Below the pieces are notes generated by a model. That model had not been told where the DNA came from. It saw only the letters and a program-made list of their open reading frames with translations, and did not search any database. Shown here in pieces: positions 15,940-26,127 of a stretch of DNA of 64,000 nucleotides; position 1 is the first letter of the stretch, and each line of letters starts with the position of its first letter. The translations under genes were made by a program, and so were the position numbers. Location: the NCBI GenBank assembly GCA_944372115.1, contig CALVYH010000005.1, positions 11,812 through 75,811 on the forward strand, read 5' to 3'. The DNA comes from an uncultured Bacilli bacterium (GTDB taxonomy: Bacteria > Bacillota_I > Bacilli_A > RFN20 > CAG-826).

Positions 15940-17568
15940 ATGGATAAAGAAATTAATAATTATTATTTAGAATTTGTAAAAGAATATAAAGAGATTAGAA
16001 AAAAAGAAGAAGGAAAACCAAAATTACTTCTTCATGTTTGCTGTGGACCATGTAGTGCATATCCACTTGTTTTTTTACAAGATTTATTTGATATTACAAT
16101 TCTTTATTCAAATTCAAATATTTATCCAAAAGAAGAATATGATAAAAGACTTTATAATTTAAAAAGATATGTTAACGAAATAAATTTAAAGTTTAATAAA
16201 CATATTTTAGTGATTGAAGATAATTATGATTATGATTCTTTTAAAGAAGATTTACTTCCTTTTAAAAATCAAAAAGAAGGATTAAATAGATGTAAAATTT
16301 GTATCGCTAAAAGAATGAAGCGTTTATTTATAGTTGCAAAAGAAAGAAATTTTAAATATGTTACAACAGTAATGTCTATTTCTAGAAATAAAGATGCTGT
16401 TTATATTAATAAAATCGGTAAAGCGATTGAAAATAATTTATATAAAAATGAAATTGAATTTATTTATACTGATTTTAAAAAGAATGATGGTCAAGAAATC
16501 GGTATAAAAATTGCTAAAAAATATAATTTATATCGACAAGATTATTGTGGATGTGAATTTTCTCTTCCTTTAGATAAAAGGGAAGAGAAAATTATAGATA
16601 TCTCAATAGTTTTATTAATAAAAGATAACGATAAAGAAGAATATTTAAAAAAGTGTTTAGATAGTTTAATTATTCAAGAAGGCGATATAGCTTATGAGAT
16701 ATTTGTGCTTATTAATGATAAAGAAAAAGAAAAACTTGAAATAATTAATGAATATAAAAATAAATATAACGACTTATTTAATGTTCATATTTTATCTTCT
16801 TCATTATTTTTAGATATATCAAATATTAAAAATTACGCTTTAAAAAATGTTAAAGGAAGATATATTGCTTTTGTTGAATCAACTAGTTATGTCTCTAAAG
16901 ATTTTTTAAGTGTTAATTATAAAGTTGCTTTAAAAAATAACGCCGATGTAGTTAATTTTTTATATAAAAATATAAAAGAAAATAAAAAAGTTAGTTCATT
17001 TAATCCTCGTTTTTATTTAACTAAATTTTATAATGAAGGCAATAAAAAAAGAATATTGAAAGCTTTATTTAATGATATTTTTGTTAGAGGATATATTTTT
17101 AATAAGTTCTTTAAAAAAGATTTTTTAAAGAACCAAAATATCTTTTTTATGGGTGAAAGTTCATGTATGGAAGATCTTTTCTTTTCATATCTAACTTTTT
17201 TATATTCTAAAAAGGTAGTTTTTATTAATAAAACTTTATATTTTAGAAATAAAAAAGCTGAATTAGAAAAGTTTGATATAAATAAATTCTCTCAAAAGTT
17301 AATTAATTCGTGGTTTTTAATGCGCTATGTTTCAATTAAAGAAGGTTTTAAAAATATTGGAAATTGTTCTTTTTTACCTAAAACAATAATGCTTTCTTTT
17401 AGTGGTTTAAAATTTTATAAAAATTTAGATATTTCTTATTTCTCATATTTAAAAAAGAATTCAAAACAGTTAAAAAAATTAGTTAAAAATGAATATAAAT
17501 ATGAAGGTGAAGAGTGGGAGAAGGCTCTTTATATTTATCTTGAAAAAAGCAAAGACAATCACTATTAA
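15940..17568 (+). CDS. queH: Epoxyqueuosine reductase QueH (DUF208) fused to a C-terminal GT2-like glycosyltransferase domain
   Basis: The N-terminal 210 aa or so carries QueH motifs: HVCCGPCS, NRCKICIAKR, TVMSISRNKD and YCGCEFS. From about nt 16590 a GT-A/GT2-like domain follows: ISIVLLIKDNDKEEYLKKCLDSLIIQ...GRYIAFVESTSYVSKDF, where ES(T) replaces the usual D(S)D. The frame is continuous across the junction. Confidence 0.8.
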   Translation: MDKEINNYYLEFVKEYKEIRKKEEGKPKLLLHVCCGPCSAYPLVFLQDLFDITILYSNSNIYPKEEYDKRLYNLKRYVNEINLKFNKHILVIEDNYDYDSFKEDLLPFKNQKEGLNRCKICIAKRMKRLFIVAKERNFKYVTTVMSISRNKDAVYINKIGKAIENNLYKNEIEFIYTDFKKNDGQEIGIKIAKKYNLYRQDYCGCEFSLPLDKREEKIIDISIVLLIKDNDKEEYLKKCLDSLIIQEGDIAYEIFVLINDKEKEKLEIINEYKNKYNDLFNVHILSSSLFLDISNIKNYALKNVKGRYIAFVESTSYVSKDFLSVNYKVALKNNADVVNFLYKNIKENKKVSSFNPRFYLTKFYNEGNKKRILKALFNDIFVRGYIFNKFFKKDFLKNQNIFFMGESSCMEDLFFSYLTFLYSKKVVFINKTLYFRNKKAELEKFDINKFSQKLINSWFLMRYVSIKEGFKNIGNCSFLPKTIMLSFSGLKFYKNLDISYFSYLKKNSKQLKKLVKNEYKYEGEEWEKALYIYLEKSKDNHY

Positions 17569-17627
17569 TTGTGATATATTATTGAAGCTTTATATATAAA
17601 TATATAAGTCGATAAAAATATTTTATT

Positions 17628-17666
17628 GCCAAGTGAAAAAAGTGTTGACTCACTTGGCGTTTTTTG
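17628..17666 (+). terminator. Rho-independent terminator after queH
   Basis: A 9-bp stem gccaagtga (17628-17636) / tcacttggc (17650-17658) is followed by gtttttt. Confidence 0.8.
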
Positions 17667-17673
17667 GTTTAAT
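17645..17673 (+). promoter_or_regulatory. Putative sigma-A promoter of the S10 operon
   Basis: TTGACT (17645-17650), a 17-nt spacer and TTTAAT (17668-17673). The -35 box lies inside the loop and 3' arm of the preceding terminator. Confidence 0.4.
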
Positions 17674-17687
17674 TAAATCGTTTAACG

Positions 17688-17764
17688 TTCGTTATGATTT
17701 GCGAGGTTGCTGATACACCCACAAGCGTTGTCATGAAGGTATCAGGTAATTCGCAATGAACGAA
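17688..17764 (+). promoter_or_regulatory. Structured 5' leader of the S10 (rpsJ) operon
   Basis: It is a long interrupted hairpin. The paired segments are ttcgtt/aacgaa (17688-17693 / 17759-17764), ttgcga/tcgcaa (17699-17704 / 17751-17756), ctgatac/gtatcag (17710-17716 / 17739-17745) and an apical acaa/ttgt. It ends 8 nt before the RBS GAAAGGAG. Confidence 0.5.
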
Positions 17765-17787
17765 TTGTGGTAGAAAGGAGTAATTTC

Positions 17788-18099
17788 ATGGCAAAAGTAA
17801 AAAAGATTAGAGTTCGTTTACAAGCTTATGATCACAAGTTACTTGATATGGCTAGTGGCAAGATTGTAAATGCAATAACTAAAACAGGTGCTAGTGTAGT
17901 CGGACCTATTCCACTTCCAACGGAAAAACAAGTATACACAATCTTAAGAGCTGTTCATAAGTATAAAGATTCTCGTGAACAATTCGAAATTAGAACACAC
18001 AAAAGAATTATCGATATCACCAATCCTAACAGTGATACAATTGTCGCTTTAAGAAAATTAGATCTTCCAAGTGGTGTTGATATCGACATCAAGTTATAG
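17788..18099 (+). CDS. rpsJ: 30S ribosomal protein S10
   Basis: [20 protein letters not shown]... The start is ATG 17788 after GAAAGGAG; the track ORF starts at GTG 17767. Confidence 0.97.
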   Translation: MAKVKKIRVRLQAYDHKLLDMASGKIVNAITKTGASVVGPIPLPTEKQVYTILRAVHKYKDSREQFEIRTHKRIIDITNPNSDTIVALRKLDLPSGVDIDIKL

Positions 18100-18113
18100 G
18101 AGGAAATGATAGT

Positions 18114-18806
18114 ATGAAACAAATCATTGGCCGTAAAATTGGTATGACTCAAGTTTACGCTGAAGATGGCACAATGTATGCTGTTACAGTTGTTGAAGTA
18201 TTACCAAATGTTGTCACATTAAAGAAAACTGTTGAAAAAGATGGCTACGAAGCAATTCAAGTTGGCTACGAAGACAAACTTAAAAACATTAATAAATGTG
18301 AAAAAGGATTATTTGAAAAAATCAATGTCACTCCAAAGAAAGATTTATTCGAACTTAAGGGTGATGAAATGATGAAATATGAAGTCGGTAACGAAATTAA
18401 AGCCGACCTCTTCCAAGCAGGAGATGTCGTTGACGTTATCGGTACTTCAAAAGGTAGAGGATATGCTGGTGTCATTAAAAGATGGGGACACACAATCGGA
18501 CCAAAAGGTCATGGTTCAGGATATCATAGAGGACAAGGTTCCTTCGCTAATAACGGTAGATGTAACAACCGTGTTATCCCAGGAAAGAAAATGTCCGGTC
18601 ATATGGGAAATCAATCAGCTACAGTCTTAAACTTAAGAGTTGTTAAAACTGATGCAGAAAAGAATTACATCTTAATTAGAGGCGGAGTACCAGGACCAAA
18701 AAAAGGCTTAATCAAAATTAGAAGTGCTGTTAAAACAAATGCAAAATCTATGACAATTAAACCTTTAATTGACAGAAGCAAAAAAGAAGAAGCAACCGCA
18801 GAATAA
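18114..18806 (+). CDS. rplC: 50S ribosomal protein L3
   Basis: IGRKIGMTQVY..., GTSKGRGYAGVIKRW. Operon position fits. Confidence 0.97.
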   Translation: MKQIIGRKIGMTQVYAEDGTMYAVTVVEVLPNVVTLKKTVEKDGYEAIQVGYEDKLKNINKCEKGLFEKINVTPKKDLFELKGDEMMKYEVGNEIKADLFQAGDVVDVIGTSKGRGYAGVIKRWGHTIGPKGHGSGYHRGQGSFANNGRCNNRVIPGKKMSGHMGNQSATVLNLRVVKTDAEKNYILIRGGVPGPKKGLIKIRSAVKTNAKSMTIKPLIDRSKKEEATAE

Positions 18807-18829
18807 TTTAAAGAAAGGAGAAAATTAAC

Positions 18830-19453
18830 ATGGCAGAAATGAATTTAAAAGTTTATTCACAAAATGGCGAAGAAGTATCCACTTTAAAAGTTTCTAAAGA
18901 TGTCTTCGGTATTAAAGTTAATGAACAAGTAATCTTCGATGCTGTTATGACTTATCTTGCAAATAGAAGACAAGCAACAGCAAAAACAAAGAAAAGATTC
19001 GAAGTCTCTGGTGGAGGTAAAAAACCATGGAGACAAAAAGGAACAGGTAGAGCAAGAGCTGGTTCAACACGTTCACCAATTTGGGTTGGTGGTGGAACAG
19101 TCTTCGGTCCTACTGGAATCCAAAACTTCAAAGTTAAACAAAATAAAAAAGAACACGATTTAGCTTTAAAAGGTGCTTTATCACTCAAAGCTAAAAAAGA
19201 TATGGTTGTCCTTAACTCATTAGAAGTTAGTGGAAAAACTAAAGAAATCGTCAGTGTCTTAAAAGCATTCAAACTTGAAGATGAAAAAACATTACTTGTT
19301 ACAAGCGATGAAAAAGTCCTTCAAGGAAGTAATAACATTCCAAGTTTAATTCTTAGAAGCGTTAACAATATCTCAGTTTATGATTTAATGAACGCTACTA
19401 AAGTCTTAATCTTAGAAAATGACGTTAAAAAGATTGAGGAGGAATTAGCATAA
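18830..19453 (+). CDS. rplD: 50S ribosomal protein L4
   Basis: GGGKKPWRQKGTGRARAGSTRSPIWVGGG. Confidence 0.97.
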   Translation: MAEMNLKVYSQNGEEVSTLKVSKDVFGIKVNEQVIFDAVMTYLANRRQATAKTKKRFEVSGGGKKPWRQKGTGRARAGSTRSPIWVGGGTVFGPTGIQNFKVKQNKKEHDLALKGALSLKAKKDMVVLNSLEVSGKTKEIVSVLKAFKLEDEKTLLVTSDEKVLQGSNNIPSLILRSVNNISVYDLMNATKVLILENDVKKIEEELA

Positions 19454-19454
19454 T

Positions 19455-19790
19455 ATGGCAAAGAAAAAAGAAGTTGTCGCAGAAGTTAGTTCAAAAACAA
19501 CAATTAATGACTTCGATTGCATTATCGAACCAATTATTACTGAAAAATCAATGACTCAATCTCAAGAACATCCAATCTTCGCATTCAAAGTTAAAAAAGA
19601 TGCAAATAAGATTGAAATTAGAAATGCAATTTCTAGAATCTTCAATGTTCATGTTGAAAGCGTCAGAGTTATCAACGTATTAGCTAAGAAAAGTTCAAGA
19701 GGAAGCAGATATAAAGGTACACTTCCTGGGTATAAAAAAGCTATCGTTACATTAAAAGAAGGCGAAACAATCAATCTTTTCGCTGAATAG
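19455..19790 (+). CDS. rplW: 50S ribosomal protein L23
   Basis: IIEPIITEKS...FKV...KIEIRNAI. It has a short N-terminal extension. Confidence 0.95.
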   Translation: MAKKKEVVAEVSSKTTINDFDCIIEPIITEKSMTQSQEHPIFAFKVKKDANKIEIRNAISRIFNVHVESVRVINVLAKKSSRGSRYKGTLPGYKKAIVTLKEGETINLFAE

Positions 19791-19815
19791 TCTAACTTAT
19801 ATATAGGAGAAAATT

Positions 19816-20649
19816 ATGGCAGTCAAAACATATAAACCTTATACTCCTTCAAGAAGAGCAATGGTCGTTCTCTCAACTGAAGGAATTACAAAAGCTACTC
19901 CTGAAAAAAGTTTAACCGTTACACTCAAGAAAACTGGTGGAAGAAATAACCAAGGTGTTATTACTTGCCGTCATATCGGTGGAGGAAATAAAACTAAATA
20001 TAGAATTATTGACTTCAAGAGAAATAAAGACGGTGTTGTTGGAAAAGTAGCTGCAATTGAATACGATCCAAATAGAAATGCACACATCGCATTAATCAAT
20101 TATGTTGATGGTGAAAAAAGATACATTATCCAACCAAACGGATTGAATGTTGGCGATAAGATTATTTCTGGAGATAGCGTTGATATCTTAACTGGAAACG
20201 CATGTTTATTAAAAAATATTCCAGAAGGTACATTCGTTCACAACGTTGAACTTCGCCCAAAGAAAGGTGGCCAAGTTTGTAGAAGTGCTGGATGTAGCGC
20301 TCAAATCTTAGGTAAAGAAGGAAAATACGTTATCTTAAGACTCCAAAGTGGCGAAACAAGAAAATTCTTAGGTGAATGTAAAGCTACAATCGGAATCGTT
20401 GGTAATGAAGATTACAACCTTGTTAACTTAGGAAAAGCTGGTAAAACAAGATATTTAGGAATTAGACCTACTGTTAGAGGTAGTGCTATGAACCCTAACG
20501 ATCACCCACACGGTGGTGGTGAAGGTAAGTGTCCTGTTGGTAGAGATGCACCTAGAACACCATGGGGTAAAAGAGCTCTCGGTGTTAAGACCCGTAGAAA
20601 TAAAAAATCTTCAACTAAATTAATCGTTAGAAGAAGAAATGGTAAATAG
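19816..20649 (+). CDS. rplB: 50S ribosomal protein L2
   Basis: [14 protein letters not shown]..., [16 protein letters not shown]. Confidence 0.98.
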   Translation: MAVKTYKPYTPSRRAMVVLSTEGITKATPEKSLTVTLKKTGGRNNQGVITCRHIGGGNKTKYRIIDFKRNKDGVVGKVAAIEYDPNRNAHIALINYVDGEKRYIIQPNGLNVGDKIISGDSVDILTGNACLLKNIPEGTFVHNVELRPKKGGQVCRSAGCSAQILGKEGKYVILRLQSGETRKFLGECKATIGIVGNEDYNLVNLGKAGKTRYLGIRPTVRGSAMNPNDHPHGGGEGKCPVGRDAPRTPWGKRALGVKTRRNKKSSTKLIVRRRNGK

Positions 20650-20667
20650 TAAAGGAGGAAATTAGAG

Positions 20668-20973
20668 ATGGCACGTAGTTTGAAAAAAGGACCATTTGTC
20701 GATGAAAGCTTAATGAAAAAAGTTCAAGCTTTAAATGCTGCAAACAAAAAGTCTGTCATTAAAACATGGTCAAGAAGAAGTACAATTTATCCTGATTTTG
20801 TTGAACATACCTTTGCTGTTTATAACGGTCATACATTTATCACTGTTTATGTTACAGAAGATATGGTCGGTCACAAATTAGGAGAATTTGCTCCAACAAG
20901 AACTTTCAAAGGTCACTTTGGAAATAACGCAGAAGACAAGGCTGCAGCAAAAGCAGCAGCTGGTGTTAAATAA
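20668..20973 (+). CDS. rpsS: 30S ribosomal protein S19
   Basis: [12 protein letters not shown]..., [16 protein letters not shown]. It has an Ala/Lys-rich C-terminal tail. Confidence 0.97.
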   Translation: MARSLKKGPFVDESLMKKVQALNAANKKSVIKTWSRRSTIYPDFVEHTFAVYNGHTFITVYVTEDMVGHKLGEFAPTRTFKGHFGNNAEDKAAAKAAAGVK

Positions 20974-20995
20974 TATAGGATGGAGATAGAAAATT

Positions 20996-21538
20996 ATGGC
21001 AGAAACTAAAAAAGAAGTCGTAACAGAAGAAAAGGTTACAACAGAACCAAAAACTAAAAAAGCTTCATCCAAAAAAAGCACAACTGCTAGTGAAGCAAAA
21101 AAAGCTCCTGCTAAAAAAGCAGCAGCTAAAAAAGAAACTTCAACTAGAGCTAAAAAAGAAACAAAGGCTGAAGTTAAAGAAGTAAAACCAACTGTTACAG
21201 AAGCTAAAGCTAAAGTCCTTGGACTTAAAGTCACACCTCGTAAAGTTAGATTAGTTCTTGATTTAGTTAGAGGTAAAAAAGTTGATGAAGCACTTGAAAC
21301 TTTATCACTTGTTCATAAAGATGCTGCTCCAATGATTATCAAATTAATCAATTCAGCAGTTGCAAATGCTACAAATAATTTCAATATGAATAAAGACAAA
21401 TTATATATTCATGAAATTATGGCTAGCGACTCATTCAAAATGAGAAGATATCTTCCAAGAGCAAAAGGTAGTGCTTCAGGAATGGTTAAAAGATTCTCTA
21501 ATGTATATATTACATTAAAAGAAAAGAGCGAATTTTAA
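20996..21538 (+). CDS. rplV: 50S ribosomal protein L22 with an N-terminal K/A/T/E-rich extension of about 70 aa
   Basis: The core is VTPRKVRLVLDLVRGKKVDEA...PRAKGSA. It is preceded by a low-complexity basic extension (KKASSKKSTTASEAKKAPAKKAAAKKE...). Confidence 0.95.
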   Translation: MAETKKEVVTEEKVTTEPKTKKASSKKSTTASEAKKAPAKKAAAKKETSTRAKKETKAEVKEVKPTVTEAKAKVLGLKVTPRKVRLVLDLVRGKKVDEALETLSLVHKDAAPMIIKLINSAVANATNNFNMNKDKLYIHEIMASDSFKMRRYLPRAKGSASGMVKRFSNVYITLKEKSEF

Positions 21539-21557
21539 TAGGAAGGAGGAATAAACG

Positions 21558-22250
21558 ATGGGACAAAAAGTTAATCCAGTTGGAATGAGAATCGGATTAA
21601 ATAAGAATTGGAACTCAAGATGGTTTGCATCAGATAAAGATTATTCCACTTTCTTAATTGAAGACGATAAAATTCGTAACTATTTAGAAAAACATTTACC
21701 AAGAGAAGCTTATCTTTCTCACGTTGAAATCGAAAGAAAGAAAAAAGAAAATGGCTTCCAAGTTAGAGTATTTATCTTCTTAGGAAGAGCAGGTGTTGTT
21801 TTAGGAAAAGAAAACCCTGGCAAAAATATTCAAGCTTTAAAGAAACAATTATTAAAATTAGTTGCTAAAAATACAGATATTAGAATTGATCTTGTTGATG
21901 TCAAACAACCTAACTTAGATGCAACAATCGTTGCTAATAAGATTTGCCGTCAATTAGAAGAAAGAGCAAGCTTCAGAATTGTTCAAAAAAGATCAATTGC
22001 TGATGTAAGAAAAGCTGGCGCTAAAGGTATTAAAACTAGCGTTAGTGGAAGACTTGGTGGTGCTGATATTGCTAGAAGTGAAGGTTATAAAGACGGAACT
22101 ATGGCAATTAATACCTTAAGAAGTGATATCGATTACGCATGTAGAGAAGCTATGACAACATATGGAAAACTCGGTGTTAAAGTATGGATTTGTCGTGGCG
22201 AAAAAGATATTAATCCTAAAAAAGAAGTCGTTGAGAAGAAAGGAGAATAA
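21558..22250 (+). CDS. rpsC: 30S ribosomal protein S3
   Basis: [13 protein letters not shown]..., [12 protein letters not shown]. Confidence 0.98.
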   Translation: MGQKVNPVGMRIGLNKNWNSRWFASDKDYSTFLIEDDKIRNYLEKHLPREAYLSHVEIERKKKENGFQVRVFIFLGRAGVVLGKENPGKNIQALKKQLLKLVAKNTDIRIDLVDVKQPNLDATIVANKICRQLEERASFRIVQKRSIADVRKAGAKGIKTSVSGRLGGADIARSEGYKDGTMAINTLRSDIDYACREAMTTYGKLGVKVWICRGEKDINPKKEVVEKKGE

Positions 22251-22252
22251 CT

Positions 22253-22666
22253 ATGTTACAACCTAAAAGAGTTAAATGGAGAAGACCACATATTATTAAA
22301 TATGAAGGCTTATCCAAAGCTGGTAATGAAGTTTCTTTCGGAACATACGGCTTACAAGCTACAGAAGGAAATTATGTTTCTGATAGACAAATCGAAGCAT
22401 GCCGTATCGTTTTATCAAGATATACAAAAAGACAAGGCCAAGTTTGGATTAGAATCTTCCCACACTTAGCAAAAACTAAAAAACCTGCTGAAGTCCGTAT
22501 GGGTAGTGGTAAAGGTTCACCAGAATACTGGGTCGCAGTTGTTAAAAAGAATAGAGTTATGTTTGAAATTGGCGGAGTACCAGATGAAGTCGCTATCAAA
22601 GCACTTGAAATGGCAGCATATAAACTCCCATTAAAAACTCGTGTTATTAAGAAGGAGGTTAAATAA
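22253..22666 (+). CDS. rplP: 50S ribosomal protein L16
   Basis: [11 protein letters not shown]..., [17 protein letters not shown]. Confidence 0.98.
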   Translation: MLQPKRVKWRRPHIIKYEGLSKAGNEVSFGTYGLQATEGNYVSDRQIEACRIVLSRYTKRQGQVWIRIFPHLAKTKKPAEVRMGSGKGSPEYWVAVVKKNRVMFEIGGVPDEVAIKALEMAAYKLPLKTRVIKKEVK

Positions 22667-22673
22667 TTAACTT

Positions 22674-22871
22674 ATGAAAATTAATGAAGTTAGAGAACTT
22701 TCTAGCGAAGAATTAAATCAAAAGATTTATTCACTCAAAGAAGAATTATTTAATCTTCGTAGAAAGAAAGCTGTTGGACAACTTGAAAATCTTGCTGAAA
22801 TTAGAAGAGTAAGAAAAGATATCGCAAGAGTCTATACAGTCTTAAAAGAAAGAGAATTAGGTGTTAAATAG
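22674..22871 (+). CDS. rpmC: 50S ribosomal protein L29
   Basis: [25 protein letters not shown]. Confidence 0.95.
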   Translation: MKINEVRELSSEELNQKIYSLKEELFNLRRKKAVGQLENLAEIRRVRKDIARVYTVLKERELGVK

Positions 22872-22888
22872 GAGGTATAAAAAGAATT

Positions 22889-23218
22889 ATGGGACAAAAA
22901 AGACAAATTCAAGGTGTTGTAATTTCTGATAAAGCTCCTAAAACAATCGTTGTTGAACTTGAAAGTTATAAAAGACACCCAAAATATAAGAAAAGAGTTA
23001 GTTTCAGAGCAAAATATTATGCTCATGATGAAAACGAAATCGCTCATGTTGGCGATACAGTCACAATCCAAGAATCAAGACCATTATCAAAATTAAAGAG
23101 ATTCGTTCTCGTTAGTGTTGATAAAAAAGCTCTTGAAGATATTAAGATTGCTGAAGAAAAAGAAGTTGAAGAACTCTTACACGAACATGAAGAAGAATCT
23201 AGCGAGGAGGCTAAATAG
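22889..23218 (+). CDS. rpsQ: 30S ribosomal protein S17 (acidic C-terminal extension)
   Basis: [14 protein letters not shown]...HPKYKKR...YAHDE...GD.V.I.ESRPLSK. Confidence 0.95.
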   Translation: MGQKRQIQGVVISDKAPKTIVVELESYKRHPKYKKRVSFRAKYYAHDENEIAHVGDTVTIQESRPLSKLKRFVLVSVDKKALEDIKIAEEKEVEELLHEHEEESSEEAK

Positions 23219-23220
23219 TT

Positions 23221-23598
23221 ATGGTACAAACAGAAACAAATTTAAAAGTTGCTGATAACTCTGGTGCTAGAGTCGTAAGAGTATTCAGAATTTATGGCGG
23301 TAGCCATAGAAAAAGTGCCAGTGTTGGTGATGTCGTTCTTTGCGCTGTTAAAGATGCTATCCCAAATGGCAAAGTTAAAAAGAGTGATGTTGTTAAAGCA
23401 GTTATTGTTAGAACATCTTATCCAATCGAAAGAAAAGATGGTTCAGTAATCAGATTCGATGATAATGCATGCGTTATTATCAATGAAGACAAAACTCCAG
23501 TCGGAACCCGTGTATTTGGACCAGTCGCTCGTGAACTTCGTGATAAAGGCGATGAAGGATTTATGAAAATTCTCTCCCTTGCAAGTGAAGTTTTATAA
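23221..23598 (+). CDS. rplN: 50S ribosomal protein L14
   Basis: [17 protein letters not shown]... Confidence 0.98.
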   Translation: MVQTETNLKVADNSGARVVRVFRIYGGSHRKSASVGDVVLCAVKDAIPNGKVKKSDVVKAVIVRTSYPIERKDGSVIRFDDNACVIINEDKTPVGTRVFGPVARELRDKGDEGFMKILSLASEVL

Positions 23599-23618
23599 GG
23601 AATAAAGGAGAATAACCT

Positions 23619-23927
23619 ATGAAACTTAAAAAAGGTGATAAAGTTATTGTTATCTCTGGAAAAGATAAAGGTAAAGTCGGTGTTATTCAAAGAGCCTATC
23701 CATCAATCAATAAGGTTGTAGTCGAAGGAGTTAACACTGTTAAAAAACATCAAAAACCAACCCAAACTCATCCAGAGGGATCAATTGTTGAAATGTATGC
23801 TCCACTCGATGCTTCAAAAGTCATGTTCTATGATGAAAAGAGCAAAAAGGGTGTTAGAGTTGGATATGAATTTGTTGATGGCAAAAAAGTAAGAATCAAC
23901 AAAAAAACAAAGAAGGAAATTAAATAA
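23619..23927 (+). CDS. rplX: 50S ribosomal protein L24
   Basis: [21 protein letters not shown]. Confidence 0.96.
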   Translation: MKLKKGDKVIVISGKDKGKVGVIQRAYPSINKVVVEGVNTVKKHQKPTQTHPEGSIVEMYAPLDASKVMFYDEKSKKGVRVGYEFVDGKKVRINKKTKKEIK

Positions 23928-23941
23928 GGAGGTAAGTGATT

Positions 23942-24550
23942 ATGACAGAAAAGAAAGTTACAAAAACTAAAGAAGTAGCACCTACTTCCGGACATAAAGA
24001 AAAAGCTTATGTCACAAGACTTGAAAAGAAATTCAAAGAAGAAATCACTCCTTCTTTAATGAAAAAATTCGAATATAAAAACGTTCATGAAGTACCACAT
24101 TTAGATAAAATCGTTATTAATATTGGTGTTGGAGACGCTACTCAAGATAAGAAAAGACTTGATGAAGCTGTTGAAGAATTAGGCTTAATTTCTGGTCAAA
24201 AACCAATTATTACAAAAGCTAAAAAATCAATTGCTACATTCAAATTAAGAGAAGGCGAACCTATCGGATGTAAGGTTACTTTAAGAGGAAGAAGAATGTA
24301 TGAATTCTTCGATAAATTAGTTTCTATTTCACTTCCTAGAGTTAGAGACTTTAGAGGTGTTAATAAAAACTGTTTCGATGGAAGAGGAAATTATACTTTA
24401 GGTATTAAAGAACAATTAATTTTCCCAGAAATCGATTACGATAAAGTTAATAAAGTTAGAGGCATGGATATCGTTGTTGTTACAACTGCAAAAAGCGATG
24501 AAGAAGCTTATGCATTATTAAAAGAACTCGGCATGCCATTTAATAGATAG
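23942..24550 (+). CDS. rplE: 50S ribosomal protein L5 (short N-terminal extension)
   Basis: [27 protein letters not shown]..., [17 protein letters not shown] prefer ATG 23942 (8 nt after AAGGAGG) over GTG 23936. Confidence 0.95.
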   Translation: MTEKKVTKTKEVAPTSGHKEKAYVTRLEKKFKEEITPSLMKKFEYKNVHEVPHLDKIVINIGVGDATQDKKRLDEAVEELGLISGQKPIITKAKKSIATFKLREGEPIGCKVTLRGRRMYEFFDKLVSISLPRVRDFRGVNKNCFDGRGNYTLGIKEQLIFPEIDYDKVNKVRGMDIVVVTTAKSDEEAYALLKELGMPFNR

Positions 24551-24558
24551 GAGGATGT

Positions 24559-24744
24559 ATGGCAAAAACAAGTTTAAAAGTTAAACAAGCTAGACCTCAA
24601 AAATTCAAGGTTAGAGAATATACACGTTGCAAAAGATGTGGACGTCCTCATGCTGTCTATTCGAAGTTTGGCCTTTGTAGAATCTGTTTAAGAGAACTCG
24701 CTTATAAAGGTGAAATTCCAGGAATGAAGAAATCATCTTGGTAA
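24559..24744 (+). CDS. rpsZ: 30S ribosomal protein S14 type Z (zinc-binding)
   Basis: 61 aa, with [10 protein letters not shown]...CRICLRE. Confidence 0.96.
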   Translation: MAKTSLKVKQARPQKFKVREYTRCKRCGRPHAVYSKFGLCRICLRELAYKGEIPGMKKSSW

Positions 24745-24769
24745 TATTATTAGGAGGTAAAAAAGAATT

Positions 24770-25168
24770 ATGCATCAAGATCCAATTGCTGATATGCTCA
24801 CAAGAATTAGAAATGCTAATGCTTTACGCCATGAAAGTGTAAAGATGCCTTCTAGTAAATTAAAGGTTGGCATTGCTAAAATCTTATTAGATGAAGGATT
24901 TATTACTTCATTTAAAGAAACCAAATTAGATGAACATAAAAAAGAACTCGAAATTGTTCTTAAATATGGTCCTAATGGTGAAAAAGTTATTTCTGGCTTA
25001 AGAAAAATTTCAAAACCAGGCTTAAGAATCAACTGCGATTCAAAACATATTCCTTCAGTTTTAAAAGGCTTAGGAATTGCTATTATTTCAACTTCAAAAG
25101 GACTTTTAACTGACAAACAAGCTAGAGAAGCTAATGTCGGTGGTGAAGTCATTTGTTATATCTATTAA
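24770..25168 (+). CDS. rpsH: 30S ribosomal protein S8
   Basis: [13 protein letters not shown]... Confidence 0.98.
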   Translation: MHQDPIADMLTRIRNANALRHESVKMPSSKLKVGIAKILLDEGFITSFKETKLDEHKKELEIVLKYGPNGEKVISGLRKISKPGLRINCDSKHIPSVLKGLGIAIISTSKGLLTDKQAREANVGGEVICYIY

Positions 25169-25185
25169 TAGGAGGTTAATTCTAG

Positions 25186-25746
25186 ATGTCACGTATTGGT
25201 AATAAATTAATCCCTATTGTAGAAGGGCTTGAAGTTAAGATTAATGCTGATAATGTTGAAATTAAAGGCAAAAACGGAACTGACGTTGTTAAATACGATC
25301 CTTCAAGAATTAAAATTGAAGTCGAAGATAACAATATTAAAGTTTCACGTCTTAACGAAGAAAAACACACAAAACAACTTCATGGTACAACAAGAGCTTT
25401 ATTAAATAATGCTATTATTGGTTGCCACGAAGGATATAAGAAAACATTAGAAATTATCGGTATCGGTTATCACGCTGATATGAAAGGTAATGATGTTGTT
25501 CTTAGCGTTGGATATTCTCATCCAATCACTATCTCTCCACTTCCAGGTGTTACTATTAAAGTCATCGAAACAAAGAGTAAAGATGTTAACTCAGTTGTTG
25601 AAGTTAGTGGACAAGATAAATTCAAAGTTGGCCAAACAGCTGCTTTAATTAGAGAAGTTAGAAGACCAGAACCTTATAAAGGAAAAGGTATTAGATATAA
25701 AGGAGAGCACATTCTTCGTAAAGAAGGTAAACGTGCTGGTAAGTAA
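25186..25746 (+). CDS. rplF: 50S ribosomal protein L6
   Basis: MSRIGNKLIPI..., EPYKGKGIRYKGE. Confidence 0.97.
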   Translation: MSRIGNKLIPIVEGLEVKINADNVEIKGKNGTDVVKYDPSRIKIEVEDNNIKVSRLNEEKHTKQLHGTTRALLNNAIIGCHEGYKKTLEIIGIGYHADMKGNDVVLSVGYSHPITISPLPGVTIKVIETKSKDVNSVVEVSGQDKFKVGQTAALIREVRRPEPYKGKGIRYKGEHILRKEGKRAGK

Positions 25747-25759
25747 TTAGGAGGGCGAT

Positions 25760-26116
25760 ATGATTAGATCTATTGATAAAAATGAAGTTAGATTAAGAAA
25801 ACATCAAAGAGTCAGAGCTAAGGTATCTGGAACTAGTGAAACCCCACGTTTATGTGTATTCAGAAGTAACAAGAATATTGAAGTTCAAGCTATTGATGAT
25901 ACAAAAGGTGTTACTCTTGTCTCATCTTCAAGTGAACAATTAAAACTTGAAAATGGCGGAAATATCGAAGGCGCTAAATTAGTTGGAGCAGATATTGCTA
26001 AAAAATGCTTAGCTAAAGGAATCGAAAACGTTGTCTTCGATCGTGGTGGATATATCTATCACGGACGTGTTAAAGCTTTAGCTGAAGCTGCTCGTGAAGG
26101 CGGCTTAAAATTCTAA
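25760..26116 (+). CDS. rplR: 50S ribosomal protein L18
   Basis: [15 protein letters not shown]...[10 protein letters not shown]..., [26 protein letters not shown]. Confidence 0.97.
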   Translation: MIRSIDKNEVRLRKHQRVRAKVSGTSETPRLCVFRSNKNIEVQAIDDTKGVTLVSSSSEQLKLENGGNIEGAKLVGADIAKKCLAKGIENVVFDRGGYIYHGRVKALAEAAREGGLKF

Positions 26117-26127
26117 GGAGAAAAGAT

